The notes beneath the pieces are model-generated. The model made no database searches. It was not told where the DNA came from and was given only the letters and a program-made list of their open reading frames with translations. Positions 1-13,740 of a stretch of DNA of 64,000 nt are shown here, piece by piece. Positions within the stretch are counted from its first letter, which is position 1. Every line of letters starts with the position of its first letter. A program made the position numbers and the translations under genes. The stretch spans positions 682,001 through 746,000 of the forward strand of contig NC_042998.1 of assembly GCF_006345805.1 (NCBI RefSeq), read 5' to 3'. Source of the DNA: Octopus sinensis (Eukaryota).

Positions 1-429
1 CTCCTCCCTCACCACCAACAACAACAACATCACCATCACACATCATCAGAGTCATCACCACTGCAGAGATAACAATCATCATAAACACTAGCAAGACTCA
101 TTATATACTCAAACCAAGAACAACTACTAAGAAGCTTTGTAAATTACATTGCCAAAAATATACACAACATAGAGTAAATGAAACACCTCCATCAACACAG
201 ACATTTCTCAGAATGATTTCATCACACCAGCAACATAAAAAAAAGCATACAAACCACTTAAAACATACACAACTTTATAAGAAAGCAAATACCCTGACAG
301 AGCTGGAGAATTCAAATGGAATGTAAAAATTTTATAAGGAACTGCTCGTGGAAACAGCCAAAGCCAGCCGGAGTGACGAAACACATATATTCCCATAGGA
401 ACAAGGTAGGTAATCATTTTTTGTCGCCC

Positions 430-800
430 GCTTTCTGTTGGCCTTACTCAGAATAAACAGTCTAAATGCAAGTGACTTGAAGGATCACCTTGCAAGCGAG
501 GCCACTTTTTTAACGACATCATGTGACTGGATATAGATGTGGTGACCATCATCGAGGCCAGAATTTCCAATCCATTTGTCTGCATTGCCCTTTCTCAGTT
601 GGTACGAGATCTACTTGTCTCCAAGTCGATCGGGGTTGGGAAGCAAAGCTACAATGTTATTTCGAAAGGGTCTGCATCTCATGACCCCTAGAAGATAAGT
701 TGATGCAGCTGCATGAGAGCAGTTGCGAAGGGATGCTTTGAAACATTTATTCTTGGTCAACAGATCGGAAACGGGAAATGTTTTACTGCATTTTATCCAC
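430..800 (+). mobile_element. Degenerate APE endonuclease fragment of a Tx1/L1-like non-LTR retrotransposon
   Basis: Manual translation across frameshifts gives LRINSLNASDL, KRGHFFNDIM*LDIDVVTIIEARI and YEIYLSPSRSGLGSKATMLFRKGL, resembling the SLNxxGL, DvvxiQET and GvaiLfrk motifs of APE domains. Confidence 0.6.
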
Positions 801-1199
801 ATGTTTACTTTCTAAATTCAAATACCGCTGAGATGTCAACTTGGCAGTCAAGTACTTAGGTTGCTGGTATCGATTGGTCCCTCTCCTGAAACATACTGGT
901 CTTTGCCTAAATTAGGAACTATTAGGATAATATGTTCTGTTATTTCATGGAATTGGTGTTGTGCCCGCTTTAATTATGCTTCCTCTCACTCCATGATTTG
1001 TCCTTTAAACTGAAGAGCAATTTGTCCTTTCTCTGTCAGTTTTCCCCCGCTCATTATTATATTTTCTTTCCAACATCAATTTATATAATATTTCAATAGG
1101 AAGGTATTTGAGTTTACATTGGAGCCATTGCTTGTATTCATTTCAAGAATAATAGAGGATATACTCGTTCATCTCATAAGCACTGGCATTTGTTAAATG

Positions 1200-1375
1200 A
1201 AGGCTCGCAGTCTAGTGGTTAAGGGTGTTCGTTTCATGGTACCAAAACTGTGAGTTCAATTCTTGGGACAACTGGCGCTTTGTTTGCTCGAGCAATGCAC
1301 TTCTTTTCCCGTTTCCCTAGCCTACTCCGATGTAATGTCTACCAGTCAAGTACCGGTGCAGCCTCAATTCTTTCT
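1200..1375 (+). mobile_element. Degenerate tRNA-derived SINE (family D-like)
   Basis: A-box-like TCTAGTGGTTAAGG and B-box-like GAGTTCAATTC, followed by GAGCAATGCACTT; similar to the 49260-49500 copy. Confidence 0.4.
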
Positions 1376-1499
1376 CTCCCGCTGGCACGTTCTGGCTGAC
1401 CTACTGCGTCTAGCAACGATGATAGGGTTGTGAAGGTGTCTAAGAACAAGAGTGAGGTCTAAGAATAAAGGCGCCAAGAGGCAACGGATTAGCAAACAG

Positions 1500-1666
1500 C
1501 AGAGAGGAGAGAAGGTCTAAGAACGAGAGTATCACAAAGGCGACAAGATGAAACGGAAGTGCAAGTAGCACAAAGGAGAGAAATCGAGAGAGAGAGAGAG
1601 AGAGAGAGCATCGCAAAGACGCCAATGTGAAACGGAAGTGCAAGCAGCTGAGAGGAGAGAGGGTCT

Positions 1667-1710
<44 letters not shown>

Positions 1711-2685
1711 CTAACAGATAGAGAAAGAGGAGGAAGAGAGAGAATGAGAGACTAAGCCTAGAGAATGAAATTGAAGAAGAAGCAAATGTTCGTAGAGAAC
1801 GAATGAGAAAAAGAATGGAAGAGTTAATTAATACTGAAACAGAAGAACGAAGAAATAATCGAATGCAGCAGAATGCAAACGCCATGAGAGTTCTGCGAAG
1901 AGTTGGTAATTATGTAAATTTAGTAAATAATCACACTTATAATGAAGAGAATATTCAAGCTCATAACTGTGGTGACCTGAACGCATTATGTCAGTTTTGT
2001 AGAGCCAAACATTTTGCTTCAGAGTGACTATCAGACGGAAGCTTTAACAGTTGCTGCCATAAAGGGCAAGTTCTATCTCCAGTTAGAAGAGGATTTCCAC
2101 CATATTTACAACCTGCGTTGTCAGACCCTCAACATCCACATTATGGTAACTTCAAAGAAAACATAATGTCATACAACTCTACTCTATCTTTCGGAATATG
2201 GATGCTCCCATTGATGACCCACAAGGACGAGGTCCATTCTGCTTCAGAGTGCTCGGCCAAGTTTATCACAGAACTTCACACATGAATCCTGTTGAGGGCC
2301 AACAGAGGCAGTTTGCTCAACTGTATGTTGTTGACAGCGTTCACCCCGCCGCAGTGCGGGCTCAGAATGCAGCAAATGAAAGATGTATACTTGAGGTGAT
2401 ACACAGATTGGATGAGATTATCAGAGAGAACAACGTCTCTGCTGCATCTTACAGGACATTACGTGAAGTAGAACTGCATGAGGAGCCCTGTGTTTGTCGT
2501 AAATTTAGTCTTTAATGGGGATCGCACTGCTGATAGGCGGAAATACAATTTACCAACAGTTTATGAAATAGTTGTGGTCTTCAACAATACTGATTCAACA
2601 GAGATTTCAAGGTTTAACCAAAAAACAATGAAGTCTCTGTGATCAGTCTGAACATTCTTAGCCCCAACCTTGACCCAATGAGCAA
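1500..2685 (+). mobile_element. Helitron Rep/helicase N-terminal remnant
   Basis: HNCGDLNALCQFCRAKHFASE, SCCHKGQV, NIMSYNSTLSF, GRGPFCFRVLGQVYH, FAQLYVVD, DRRKYNLPTVYEIVVVF and LSPNLDPM are typical pre-Rep Helitron motifs; stops and frameshifts present. Confidence 0.85.
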
Positions 2686-4408
2686 CATGCAAGAGTAGAC
2701 ATACAAACCTGAGCGTGGCATGGGTTGACTATCGCAAAGCATACGATATGATACAACACTCCTGGATAATAAGAACAATGGAAATGTATGGAGTAGCGGA
2801 GAATATGAGAAGCCTGATATGGAATGATAGGAAATTCTGGAGAACGGAATTGACAGCAGGAAAGCAAGTACTAGGAGAGGAGGAAAATCAAGAGAGGAAT
2901 CTTCCAGGAGGACAGTGTGTCCCCACTGATATTCGTGCTGAGAATGAAACCCTTGAATGAAATATTACAGAAAACAAAGTTGGGGTATGATCTGGGAAGA
3001 GATAAGGAAAAACTAAACCACTTGCTATTCATGGACGATCTTATGCTATTCACAAAAACTGAGGCAAAACAAGACAGCCTAGTCCAGTCTGTGCGGAGTT
3101 TCTCCAATGATATTAAGATGGTGATGAGACGTGGAAAGCTTGCCAAGAGAGAAGTGAAATGATGTAGGCAATTCAATCGCAATCCAGCTATAAATACCTG
3201 GGAATACTTGGAAGAAAAGAGAAAAAGAGAGTACCTGCGGCGAGTGAGAAAAACATTGGCTTCAAAGCTGAATGCCAGAAACATAACTTTGGCAATGAAC
3301 TCGCGCGCAGTCGCAGTAGTTCGGGATGGCGTTGGAATCCTCAAAAGGACAGAGGAGGAGCTAAAGGAGATGGACAGGAAGTCAAGGAAGCTCCTGACGA
3401 TGCATGGGTCCATCAACCATGTGCTGATCGCCTATACATGAAGAGAGTAAATGGAAGAAGGGGATTGATAAGTGTGGAAGACTTCGTGTGTATCGAACTC
3501 GAGAGATTAATGGGATACCTAGCCCTAAGTAAGGAAACCGTGATAGCGACAGTTAGGAACGAGGGAGTATTGAGAGCAGAGAAAAAGGGAAAACAAAGGA
3601 AAAAGTACAAAAAGGACATGAAGAAGAATTACGCAAAAGACTACACGATCAATTCTATGTAGCCACAACAAAAGTTGCTGGATGAAATAGGTGGGATTAA
3701 CTAATGAAAGGAACCCTAAAAAAGAGACTGTGAGCACTATACTGGCAGCGCTGGACGAAGCTCTGGCCACGAACTGGAGGGTCAACTTGAGGAATGAGCA
3801 AGTATCTCTGCTGTGTAGCAGCTGCAATAGAGTGGATAAAATTATTGCCCATATCACGAACGAATGCTCTAGACTTGCCCAAAACCAATACAAGTTGTAG
3901 CGACACGACCAGATAACGAATGTGCTACATTGGAAACTGTGCGAAATGTGGGAGCTAGAGAGAGGCAAGACGTGGTATGAGCACAATTCCCAGAGAGTGG
4001 AGGAGTCGGAGTCTAGCAAAATCCTCTGGGATTTCCCATTCCAAACAAATCAGGTGCTAGAGCATAACAAACCGGACAAAGTAGAAAGGCGAAAAGTTAG
4101 CTAGATACAACCCGCTTAAGTACGAAACATCCCGGATATGGAAAATGAAGAAGGTGAAGATAGAGCCAATTATTGTTGGAAGCTTGGGAACAGTATCAGA
4201 AGGCGTCAAGAAGAATAATAAGGAAATTGGAATAGAGTTCCCAGTAGAACTGTTTCAAAAGGTTTGCCTCTTTGGCACAACCAAAATAATCAGGGAAGTA
4301 TTTGATAGCTGAAAAGAACGAATAACATGGTACCGTAGGATGCAATTAGTAAGCCCGCTACGCATGCAAGACTCCAGGAGATCCAACAAAACCTGCAATA
4401 AAGAGAAA

Positions 4409-4412
<4 letters not shown>
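2686..4412 (+). mobile_element. 5'-truncated R4/Dong-like non-LTR retrotransposon (RT, CCHC, restriction-like endonuclease)
   Basis: AWVDYRKAYD, RGIFQEDSVSPLIF, LNHLLFMDDL, CSSC...HITNEC...RHD and KILWDFPFQTNQVLEHNKPD; the 3' UTR ends in (TAA)n. Confidence 0.9.

Positions 4413-4455
<43 letters not shown>
4413..4455. repeat. (TAA)n microsatellite at the 3' end of the R4-like element
   Basis: About 14 TAA units visible. Confidence 0.95.
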
Positions 4456-4456
<1 letters not shown>

Positions 4457-4649
4457 GTCTGAAATTGTCGGGAAGGGGACTAGTCGATTGCATTGACCCC
4501 AATGTTTCACTGGTACTTAATTTATCGACCCTGAAAGGATGAAAGGCAAAGTTTACCTCTGCGGAATTTGAACTCAGAACGTAGCGACAGGCGAAATACC
4601 GCTAAGCATTTCGTCCAGCATGCTAACCATTCTGCCAGCTCGCCGCCTT
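4456..4649 (-). mobile_element. tRNA-derived SINE family B
   Basis: Reverse complement reads AAGGCGGCGAGCTGGCAGAA...GAGTTCAAATTC...TTTCATCCTTTCAGGGTCGATAAATTAAGTACCAG; many copies in the window. Confidence 0.85.
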
Positions 4650-4664
4650 AATAATAATAACAAC

Positions 4665-5560
4665 GTTGTTTTTGCTTTCCAAACAAAATTAAATGACGGA
4701 AACATTATTAAAGCCATATATAGATGAACAGTGCCAGTATCGAGATACTCTTCCCCCGATCTAAAATGGACAAAGATCGAGCTGCAAAACTTAGATAAAA
4801 TAGCCAGAAAACTGCTAAAATTCACAACGTATTCCATCCTAATATTAATACCGACAGACTTTATCTTTCCAGACGGGAAGGTGGTAGAGGAAGACACTTG
4901 GTACTACGGTACTGGGGCTAAAAATGAAGAAAGAACACTTTGGGCAGTCACAAATACCAAAAAGAAAAAATGTGACTGAAACAATAGGAGAATTCAAAGA
5001 GAAAAGGAAGAATAGCAGAATGAATAAATGGAAAGAAATGGAATTGTATGACCAATTCATGCAACAAACCGAAAATCTTGGAAGTGAAGCCTGCTGGCTT
5101 TGGGTTGATGGACGGAAAATTGAAATGAGAAACAGAAACGTTAATTATAACCGCTGCGGAAGAAGCCTTTAGAAGAAATCTGATCAAGGCAAATATCGAG
5201 AAAACTGAGTCAGACAGTAAAGGTAGAACCTGTAGGAAAGGAGACGAGAGTATTAATCATATTTTGAATGAGTGCAGTATACTAGCACAAAAGGTATACG
5301 AGCGCGGATATGAGTATGTAGGGAAAGGAATGCATTGAGTCCTGTATGTCGCTTCAAAACAACAAAAAAGTAGTATGAACAGAAATCAGAGGCTGTAATA
5401 GAAAATGAGTATTATAAGATCTTGTGGGGCTTCAATACAAAGACTTGTTAAAAATCTTGGAACTGAAAATAAAACTTTATTGATGGCAATTATGGATAAG
5501 AGGATCTTCAGACAAATCCAATCTAACAAGTCAAACGAAAAGCATAGTACGACTTATAAG
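4665..5560 (+). mobile_element. Second degenerate R4/Dong-like fragment (post-RT region to zinc knuckle)
   Basis: TKLNDGNIIKAI, VPVSRYS...WTKIELQNLDKIARKLL and CRKGDESINHILNECSILAQK parallel the 3240-3900 region of the first copy. Confidence 0.75.
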
Positions 5561-6914
5561 TTTTTAAATAACTATTTTAGAAGTGAAATGATCATCGTAA
5601 ACTTGAGAGAACAGGTTTTTGATTTTATATATTAATGACCTTTGATAATAAAGTTAATGAATTGGTAACTAACAGTGAAATAGTAAGACAATAAATACTC
5701 TCTTATTGTTTTGACTTTTTTATTATTTCAGCCTGCGAGTTGTGGTCCTGTTTGGGCACCATCATTGAAAAGCATAATGGGTGGAAGGAAGTCACTGTCT
5801 GGTCACTCCTCTTCATAATTTCTGACCATTCCTCAGAGAGGACGTATCAAGCTTATGTGGAAAGTGTTTAGGTTTGTTAAACCATAGATATGGCCGAATA
5901 ATGAATAATGTTCAATGAAACAGATTTAGAGCTAGTGATTAAAGGTTGAATATCTAAGAGGGAGGCTTACACTGTTAACCCTATTAACACATAAGGAAAT
6001 ATACAAAGAAATCAACGGAATACCTTCTAGACAAAGTAGTCTGACTGGTTAATTTTTCATTATCCACGAGCAGGTCAGTTCACAAGTAGTTACCTTTAGC
6101 AAATATTTTTAAAGGTATTGACTATGAGTTAACATTACTTCCTGAAAGAATATCATCTTATCGTGAGACCTGTCTATCAATTTCATGTAAAATATATTAT
6201 AGAATTATCAGGGTGACAGTAACGTTAGCAGTCGTGTCACCGATGACTTCAGAAACGCTAGATCAGACATCATGAACAATATGAGAACATAGCTTTTCTT
6301 TAACTAATAGATTTTACCAAGAAAATACACCATCTATTTGCTTTTTATCGATTATTTTGAAGTAAAGGAAGAAAGACTTCTGTATTTGTGCGTAGTATAA
6401 ATATGCAAAATTATTCAGTTGACGACTTGCTAATATTGCTGGCTAGTTGTGTGCTTGGAAGAAGCTATGAAATGTCGGCTAATTTATGATTGGAAGACAC
6501 TAATAGCACAATGCAAAATTATATCTTTTATCACGTGCGGTTGAAACGCCGTTTCATCAGTGGCGAAGAAACGTTTTATCTCGATTAGTTTTAACTCCTC
6601 TATTTCAAATTAAATTAAGTAATTAAAACGATTCTTGAGAATATTCACTTATACTAGTTTGTTTCAAAGCTACTTTTGACCAAAATCATAATTAAAATCC
6701 TTTTCATAACTTTACAGAACTGTTAACAACATTTTCCATGTAACCATCAAAGAAAGAGTCTTTATTGCCTTTCGATGATTTGCTAATATTTTCAATCTCT
6801 GCTGGCATTGTGCCAAAGCTTGCTACCAATGCTTTAATCACGAGTCAGCTTCGATGAAAGAAGTGTTAATGGAGGTTTATAATATTTTAAAACTATTAAG
6901 TCTGTCTTTCTTTC

Positions 6915-7075
6915 GGCACTTGACTTCCTCAGTTCAATGCCACCGAGGTCAACTTTATTTTTCATCCTCTCGGGGTAGATAAAATAAGTACCAGTTGAAC
7001 GTTGAAGCCGATGTAATCGACTTGGCGCCTCTCCTAAAATTTCTGGCCTTGTGTCAAAAAATTTGAAACTATTAT
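6915..7075 (+). mobile_element. SINE family B, 5'-truncated and degenerate
   Basis: CGAGGTCAACTT...TTTCATCCTCTCGGGGTAGATAAAATAAGTACCAG. Confidence 0.7.
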
Positions 7076-9789
7076 TAAGTCCTTAAATTTTTGTAAAGTT
7101 TTAAACATTGTTTCCTGAAACTTTATCTACAATTTAAAGAGAAAATATGACACTAAAATAACCAGAATAAAGCAGCACATTAATAAACCATTTATTTCCA
7201 CCGCTTATCTATCTCCTCTTCAGTAGTCCAACCTCAATTGTAATATTTGTATTGATAAATACCAGTCGAGATCTATTTCCATGTAAATGTGAATGATCAA
7301 GATTGCTTTCAAAACACGTTAATACTTTCAAACTGCAATTTCAACTCTATTTCCTTTCTTCTCTCCTTTACTCTTCCTTCTATTGATATTCCTCCCCCTG
7401 TCTTCCGTTTTCTTCTTTTTACGTTTCCTTTCAATTGTACTTTTCTTATTCCCCATCTTATCCGCCTGTATATTCAGTACAGTAAATTTTTCCATTTTAT
7501 CATTATTCTCCTTTTCTCTTGTGTTGCTATCATCTCTACTACCACTACCAACAGCACCAAGCATCGGCATCGCTGTAGCACTGTCACTGCCACCAGAATA
7601 AAACACCACATACACAAAGAGTCAGTGCCAGCCTGCCCGCCCGCCTAGCACTTCCATCCATATATATTCCTAACGAAAATAACAGTTTTGATAAAATGAA
7701 CACTTTCATTAAATACAGTTTGCTAATTCAATCTATTTCTCAATCACATGTTACATGTTTCTACTAACCAGCTAGAGGCACGATTCAACGTACTTCCATA
7801 TCACATTCTGTAGTAATATCTTTTTGATCGAAAGCATTATTACAAAACAATACATTAATGATAATTTCAGGAAAACTTTCTGCCCAGGGACGTATTACAA
7901 GAACTGAACGAAATAAATTGTAAAACAACAGCCAGAGTAGATCTATTTCTTTCTGGTCTTTATTAATTTCTGTGATACCGTTAACGAATGCTTAGTAACA
8001 GTGGAATTCATAACGAGAAGCAAGTATGTTTGCTGAAAATAGTGTTCACTCTCAAACTATTTTGATTGTCAGTACTTTTCGAAATAGATTTTGTCAGACT
8101 ACACCTTTAGAAAGCAACAATGTTTTATTGGCATATTTATTTTCGTTCAAATTTTACTATTTACCTTGTAAAGACACCATGTTATGAATGACTTATACAA
8201 ATGTATTCGGATGCATTCAGTTTTAGTTGACCTACATAGGTAGAATAGAGATGCGTTTAATCTATGATTAATATTGTGCAGGACGTAGCTACGATATCGG
8301 GTGGCCATGTTTTAGTGAGTATGTATGCTTTATCTTACAAGTCTAACCTGATTTCTGTCTTGTAATGTTTTGGGGAGGCGTGAACTGAAGCCTGTCGTTG
8401 TTGTCGACACTCAATGAATTACGACGACATATTTGAACTCTGTTCTTAATGCAGTCGGCTATAAATCAACTAGAGTGGTCTTAATAGCAGACTGAGCATT
8501 TAAAGCAACAGAAAAGTTGGATTATTGTAGGCTACACACGTATACATACATAAACTTTGCTTATTTAATAATAGACATTGCCTTCTTTTTTATATATATT
8601 TCTCCAGTCAGACTGAATTTGTCAGGGCATGACACGTTCACTGTGGCTGATTGAACAAAACGTTGAAACCTAGAACTGAAAAATGATATTTAATCTCTAT
8701 CGGTACCTTTATTTATAGTCTGTCAGTGTGTCAATGATATTTGTTTAAGCTACCTTACAGAATTAATGATTTTAAAACTGCATGATTTTAATCTTAGATT
8801 GGTTAGAAGCTAGAAGTTTGGGTAGTCTCAGTTGGGGAAATAAACTAATTATTTAATAAAATTCTCGCCGAGTAATGATATCTCTTGCATTAATTTATTT
8901 ATTGGAATTCAATCAGAACATTAGAATAGTAAAGAAATGTAAGTAATCTTGATAAGGCGGTTGTCTAGAATATGTGAAGTTTATTATTAAATCTTACTTG
9001 TAAAAATGTCTAAATATCATGAAATATAATATTTAAGCACGATGCTTCTTCCCAGCAAACCGAACGGCAATATTGGAAGATAAGTCTCTGGGCACAGTGC
9101 AGCAATAACTTCGAGTTACGAACCACGGATTTGTTTTCTCGCTTGGCCTATGCCCGATAACTCCATAATGCTTTAGTCAAGCTCATCCTAGGTCAATTTA
9201 AATGTGCAGTCTTCTCATTAGAAGCGTTCCAGCTATGATCTACCAGTTCGATTCTCAGATATCTCGAACTATATTATTTAATGTGTTCCTCTCTTTTCAA
9301 GTCAATAGGTTTCATTTAAAGGAGACTTGGTTATTATGACTAGCAGTTTGCTAATTCTAAATGCTTCCAAAGGAGCAATCGGGAAACATAAACATACATA
9401 CAACATACACACACAAATGTATAAACTCCACAATTAAGATATCCAACGAAGAACGTTAGTGGGTTAGTCTGTTTGGGATTTTTCCGATAACTCCTGCGTT
9501 AATTTTGTTAGCAATCTATTTCTGATCAAATAAAGATGACATTCTTAGTAAAATAATCGGAGATGATTTAGAAGAAAATAGAATTGCAGGATACAAGATT
9601 TATGGTAACGGAATTGGGTTTCTACATTTCTAATTGTAGAAATGAGTAAAAAGTAAAAAATCCATGATCGTACATAAATGAGTATATATTTATTTACTTA
9701 TGTACATATATAAGAATATGTGGTTTCCTCAGCCTTCTAGAAATATCAGGCAAATCTCCCCAACGTCTTAAAAAAGGAAAGGCATATAA

Positions 9790-10283
9790 AAAAAAATATA
9801 CTTCTGTGGCTGCATAAAATACGGATGGTCATAAAGACAAAGCTGCTGGAAGACTCTATGTCTGGCAACAGGACCCTGCATCAAGCCACAAAAGCAGGAA
9901 AACTCAGTCATGGCTGTCAGACAATTTCTGCGACCACATCACCCCTAACATCAGGCCACATAACTCCCCAAACTGCAACCCCCTTTATTATTTTGAGCGA
10001 GAGACCAACAAAACTCCTTGTAGCACCAAAGATGAAGTGAAGGCAAGGATTATAGCAACATTCACCAATTTATACAAGGAGACCACCCAAAAGAGTTGTA
10101 GGAGATTCCGAAGTTGTCTGGAGGCCGTGGTTGAAGCCAATGGCGATTTTATTGAATAAATTTACTCTTTAGTATTTCAAGATAATTTCATATAATTTTG
10201 GTAAATATATCTGATAAAATGAGATGTCAGTGTTATTTTCATTCCGCATAATTTAGACGGCAATATATTCACCCCACCCTCTG
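9790..10283 (+). mobile_element. Tc1/mariner-superfamily transposase C-terminal remnant and right end
   Basis: YVWQQDPASSHKSRKTQSWL...NSPNCNPL...RFRSCLEAVVEANGDFIE* (QQDxAxxH and SPDxNP-like motifs); ends in CACCCTCTG. Confidence 0.85.
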
Positions 10284-10319
10284 TGTGTGTGTGTGTGTGT
10301 GTGTCTGTCTGTCTGTCTG

Positions 10320-10383
<64 letters not shown>

Positions 10384-11073
10384 ATATAATATATATATAT
10401 ATATATGTATATATAAATAGGTACATACATACTCACACACACATACACACTTACAAAGTTCAATTTAATTTGATCCGCAGAGAGAGTATAGTATTCGCAA
10501 CCTTCTTTCCGGATCATTTTACTGCTGTATTACGAAAACAGCTCTAGGATGATATTATTGCTTAGTCCCCCGGCCATCCCGATCGAGCTGACAAAGCTAT
10601 TTTTAGCTGTGACCAGCCAGCTTTTGCCTTCGAGACATAGTGTATAGAAAAATCGAGGACTGTATTATAAAGTGTGTCCTTCCTCCTTATCTTTTAAAAA
10701 AATGCAATTTGAGAGGGTTTTGGCTCCTATACATAGCAAGTCAAATGGTCACGTGAACATTCCTTCAAAGATAAAACTCACCTATAGGTAGAGGGAAGTC
10801 GATGCACTTTTGAGAAAGGATGATTGAGCAAATAGGTTTAGTGCAGTTTTCTATAACGTACTGTAGGTAAAATAAAAGTGACGGAGGAGGAAAAGAAATG
10901 TAAAACGACGAAATTTTCAGACCAGGATATTTATACAACAGAGACAGATTAATGAGAAGATTATTAGAATTTGTTGAAATTACTGGTGTATGAAGTCTGT
11001 TATTGTATAAACCCAGTGAATACTGTTCGACTAACCACCTTGGCTAGAAGGTGACTGTTAGTCGACTAACATA

Positions 11074-11109
<36 letters not shown>

Positions 11110-11112
<3 letters not shown>

Positions 11113-11179
11113 CAGGGACGTAAACACACCAGCATCGGCTGTCAAGCAATGCTAGGGGGACAAACACAGACACACAAAT

Positions 11180-11268
<89 letters not shown>

Positions 11269-11385
11269 ACATATATACGACAGGCTTCTTTCAGTTTCCG
11301 TCTACCAAATCCACTCACAAGGCATTGTCGGCCCGGGGCTATAGCAGAAGACACTTACCCAAGATGCGGTCACAGGAGTGTGACG
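11110..11385 (-). mobile_element. SINE family A with an internal (TA)n tract
   Basis: GACAGGCTTCTTTCAGTTTCCGTCTACCAAATCCACTCACAAGG and GGGACGTAAACACACCAGCATCGG flank the microsatellite. Confidence 0.8.
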
Positions 11386-11520
11386 AGGAACTCTGGCCGA
11401 AATCAGATTAAGATTAATGTAAAAAATAAATAAAACTGAAGCAAAATAACACCAAATATATAGTGCGTGTGTTTTTATTGGCTAAACTGGCAATATGACC
11501 ATTCCGAAATGTAACAATAT

Positions 11521-11592
<72 letters not shown>

Positions 11593-11699
11593 TAATTATA
11601 AAAAAAAAATATGAAACGCTTATTCTCTGCTAATTTTAGTTAATTTTGTCAAGTCCCCCTTTCCAGTTTGTAAGATAGAAATTAAAATGTAATAAAATG

Positions 11700-11762
11700 T
11701 TTTAAAAGAAATTTAAAGTGCCGACGTGATAACTGTAAGCCTAATTTTGGGCCACCCTGTAT
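11700..11762. mobile_element. Possible orphan Tc1/mariner-type terminal inverted repeat
   Basis: Ends TTTTGGGCCACCCTG followed by TA; no partner end seen. Confidence 0.35.
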
Positions 11763-12062
11763 ATATATGTATTTACATGTATCATACTCTAGTTCAGTTT
11801 GATAAGTAAACATATTTTGAAATAGATATGTTTCATATCATATGAATTATAACAAACATAAATAACTACACATACACACACACACACACACAAGACACAC
11901 ACACACACACACACACGATTTGAGGTGATACTCATAATCCAAGATATCACCTCGTTAGCATTTCATTTAAGAACCTGTTTAGCATTCACTTAAGCGGCAG
12001 TTAAACTCAGATGGATTATACAAGTATAGTCCAGTAGACATAAAATACGCTTCGAAGACTGC

Positions 12063-12129
<67 letters not shown>

Positions 12130-12400
12130 CTAGCAGTATCGCCCGGCGTTGCGGTTTGTTTAGACCCTTTAGAAGTGGAATTTTTGAAAATTAAAAGTTT
12201 GGCAGTATCTAACTTGTTATTCTCTTTAAGTGAAATACACCGAAAAACGGCGACACAGCAGTCAAAACATCGTAAAAAATAGGGATTTTCATAGAAAAAA
12301 GGCACCTTTTTGATGTAAATAATTTTTGGTGTTAACATGGTCCGATTTGAATTTTTTCTTCTACGGAAGGAAGAGTTAGCCTTCTTCTATCATACTCTCA
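12130..12400 (-). mobile_element. 3' end of a non-autonomous Helitron
   Basis: CTAG at 12130-12133 next to a TA tract, with a GC-rich subterminal segment GCCCGGCGTTGCGG; same layout as 14939. Confidence 0.5.
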
Positions 12401-12421
12401 TATATATGTATATGTATATAT

Positions 12422-12726
12422 CACGTGATCACGTGACCGACCAGTCCATCAGATGTAGTTACACATCGCTGGTCACAATGCGTTCGCATTGTTTTAGCCT
12501 TCGAATGACGCCACCCCGCTGGCTAAGCGAGCAGGCCAACAGAAGAAAGAATGGGAGAAAGAGTGGTGAAAGAGTACAGAAGGGATCACCACCCGCTGCC
12601 GGAGCCTCGTGGAGCTTTTAGGTGTTTTTGCTCAATAAACACTCACAACGCCCGGTCTGGGAATCGAAACCGCGATCCTACGACCGCAAGTCCGCTGCCC
12701 TAACCACTGGGCCATTGCACCTCCAC
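12422..12726 (-). mobile_element. tRNA(Arg-like)-derived SINE family C
   Basis: Reverse complement begins GTGGAGGTGCAATGGCCCAGTGGTTAGGGCAGCGGACTTGCGGTCGTAGGATCGCGGTTTCGATTCCC (A and B boxes); copies at 20621 and 23517. Confidence 0.85.
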
Positions 12727-13039
12727 ATATGTAACATCGATTCGTTTTTATATCTTGATTTTTTAATTTTTCATGCATTTACGCATGCTTGCACGCGTGG
12801 TGAACACAGTTCACGTCAAACAGCTGACTGAGTAAAGTTCACTATTCAATGCATGGGATAAGGCCTAAACAAACACATTATCGATTTTTGCACTTGCGAG
12901 ATGAATTTCGGAACAGAAATAGCGCAGTTCAATTTTCATTCGCCTAAACTTTAAGTGACCCATTTATGGTGGTTCTACGATTTGTTGGCTAGGAGGAGAT
13001 GTGCGGGAAGTTAAACACACAGACACACAAGTTGAGTTT

Positions 13040-13128
<89 letters not shown>

Positions 13129-13141
13129 GTGTGTGTGTATG

Positions 13142-13180
<39 letters not shown>

Positions 13181-13339
13181 GGTTAAAGTAGTGAGGAAAG
13201 GCAAACAATTAAGCAAGACATGACAAGGACATTTAATTTAATTTAATTTAATCTGATTTAGCTACATAGCGAACGATAGAAAATAGTCGCTGACAGCTGT
13301 TTATGCGATATCCTAGTTTCTTGGAATGTATTAGGTTCA

Positions 13340-13440
13340 CGCTCAGTATAAGATTGGGAAAAAGGGTGGGTGCATAACGTTTCGAGCATTGTTCTTTGTC
13401 AGAAAGAGATGAGAAGAAAGGTCCGGACACGTTTCAATAA
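13340..13440 (-). mobile_element. Degenerate PLE-type short repeat with a decayed hammerhead motif
   Basis: Minus strand TTTCTGACAAAGAACAATGCTCGAAACGTT resembles 53545-53577 but has G8A and a broken stem II. Confidence 0.45.
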
Positions 13441-13554
13441 ATAACCAACAGCCATTTCTGGCGCAGCTGACATTTAACTCCTTTAATTATTTTGCTTTCT
13501 TTAATCCATCATGACTAAGGCCAAGGTGAAATACCAACACCAGTTCTCAAGCGG

Positions 13555-13740
13555 TGTTGTGGAGACAAACACACACACACACACACACACGACGGACTTC
13601 TTTCAGTTTCCGTTTCCAAAATCCGCTCAAAAGGTTCTAGCCGGCTCGAGTCTGTGGTAGAGGGCACTTGCCCTGGGTGCTGTGCAGTGAGACGGAACCC
13701 GGACCCATGTGGTTGGGAAGGAAACTTACCACACAGCCAC
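13555..13740 (-). mobile_element. SINE family A, partial
   Basis: GACGGACTTCTTTCAGTTTCCG...ACTTACCACACAGCCAC. Confidence 0.75.

Noticed and set aside
6545-6575. CTGATGA on the minus strand followed by a short stem
   Set aside because: No GAAA or stem III follows, so it is not a hammerhead
7289-7648. Overlapping 72-119 aa ORFs on both strands
   Set aside because: Low-complexity purine/pyrimidine-skewed sequence with no recognisable domain or convincing splice context
12660-12726. SINE heads as functional tRNA genes
   Set aside because: A and B boxes are present, but no full cloverleaf is evident and each runs into a shared SINE body
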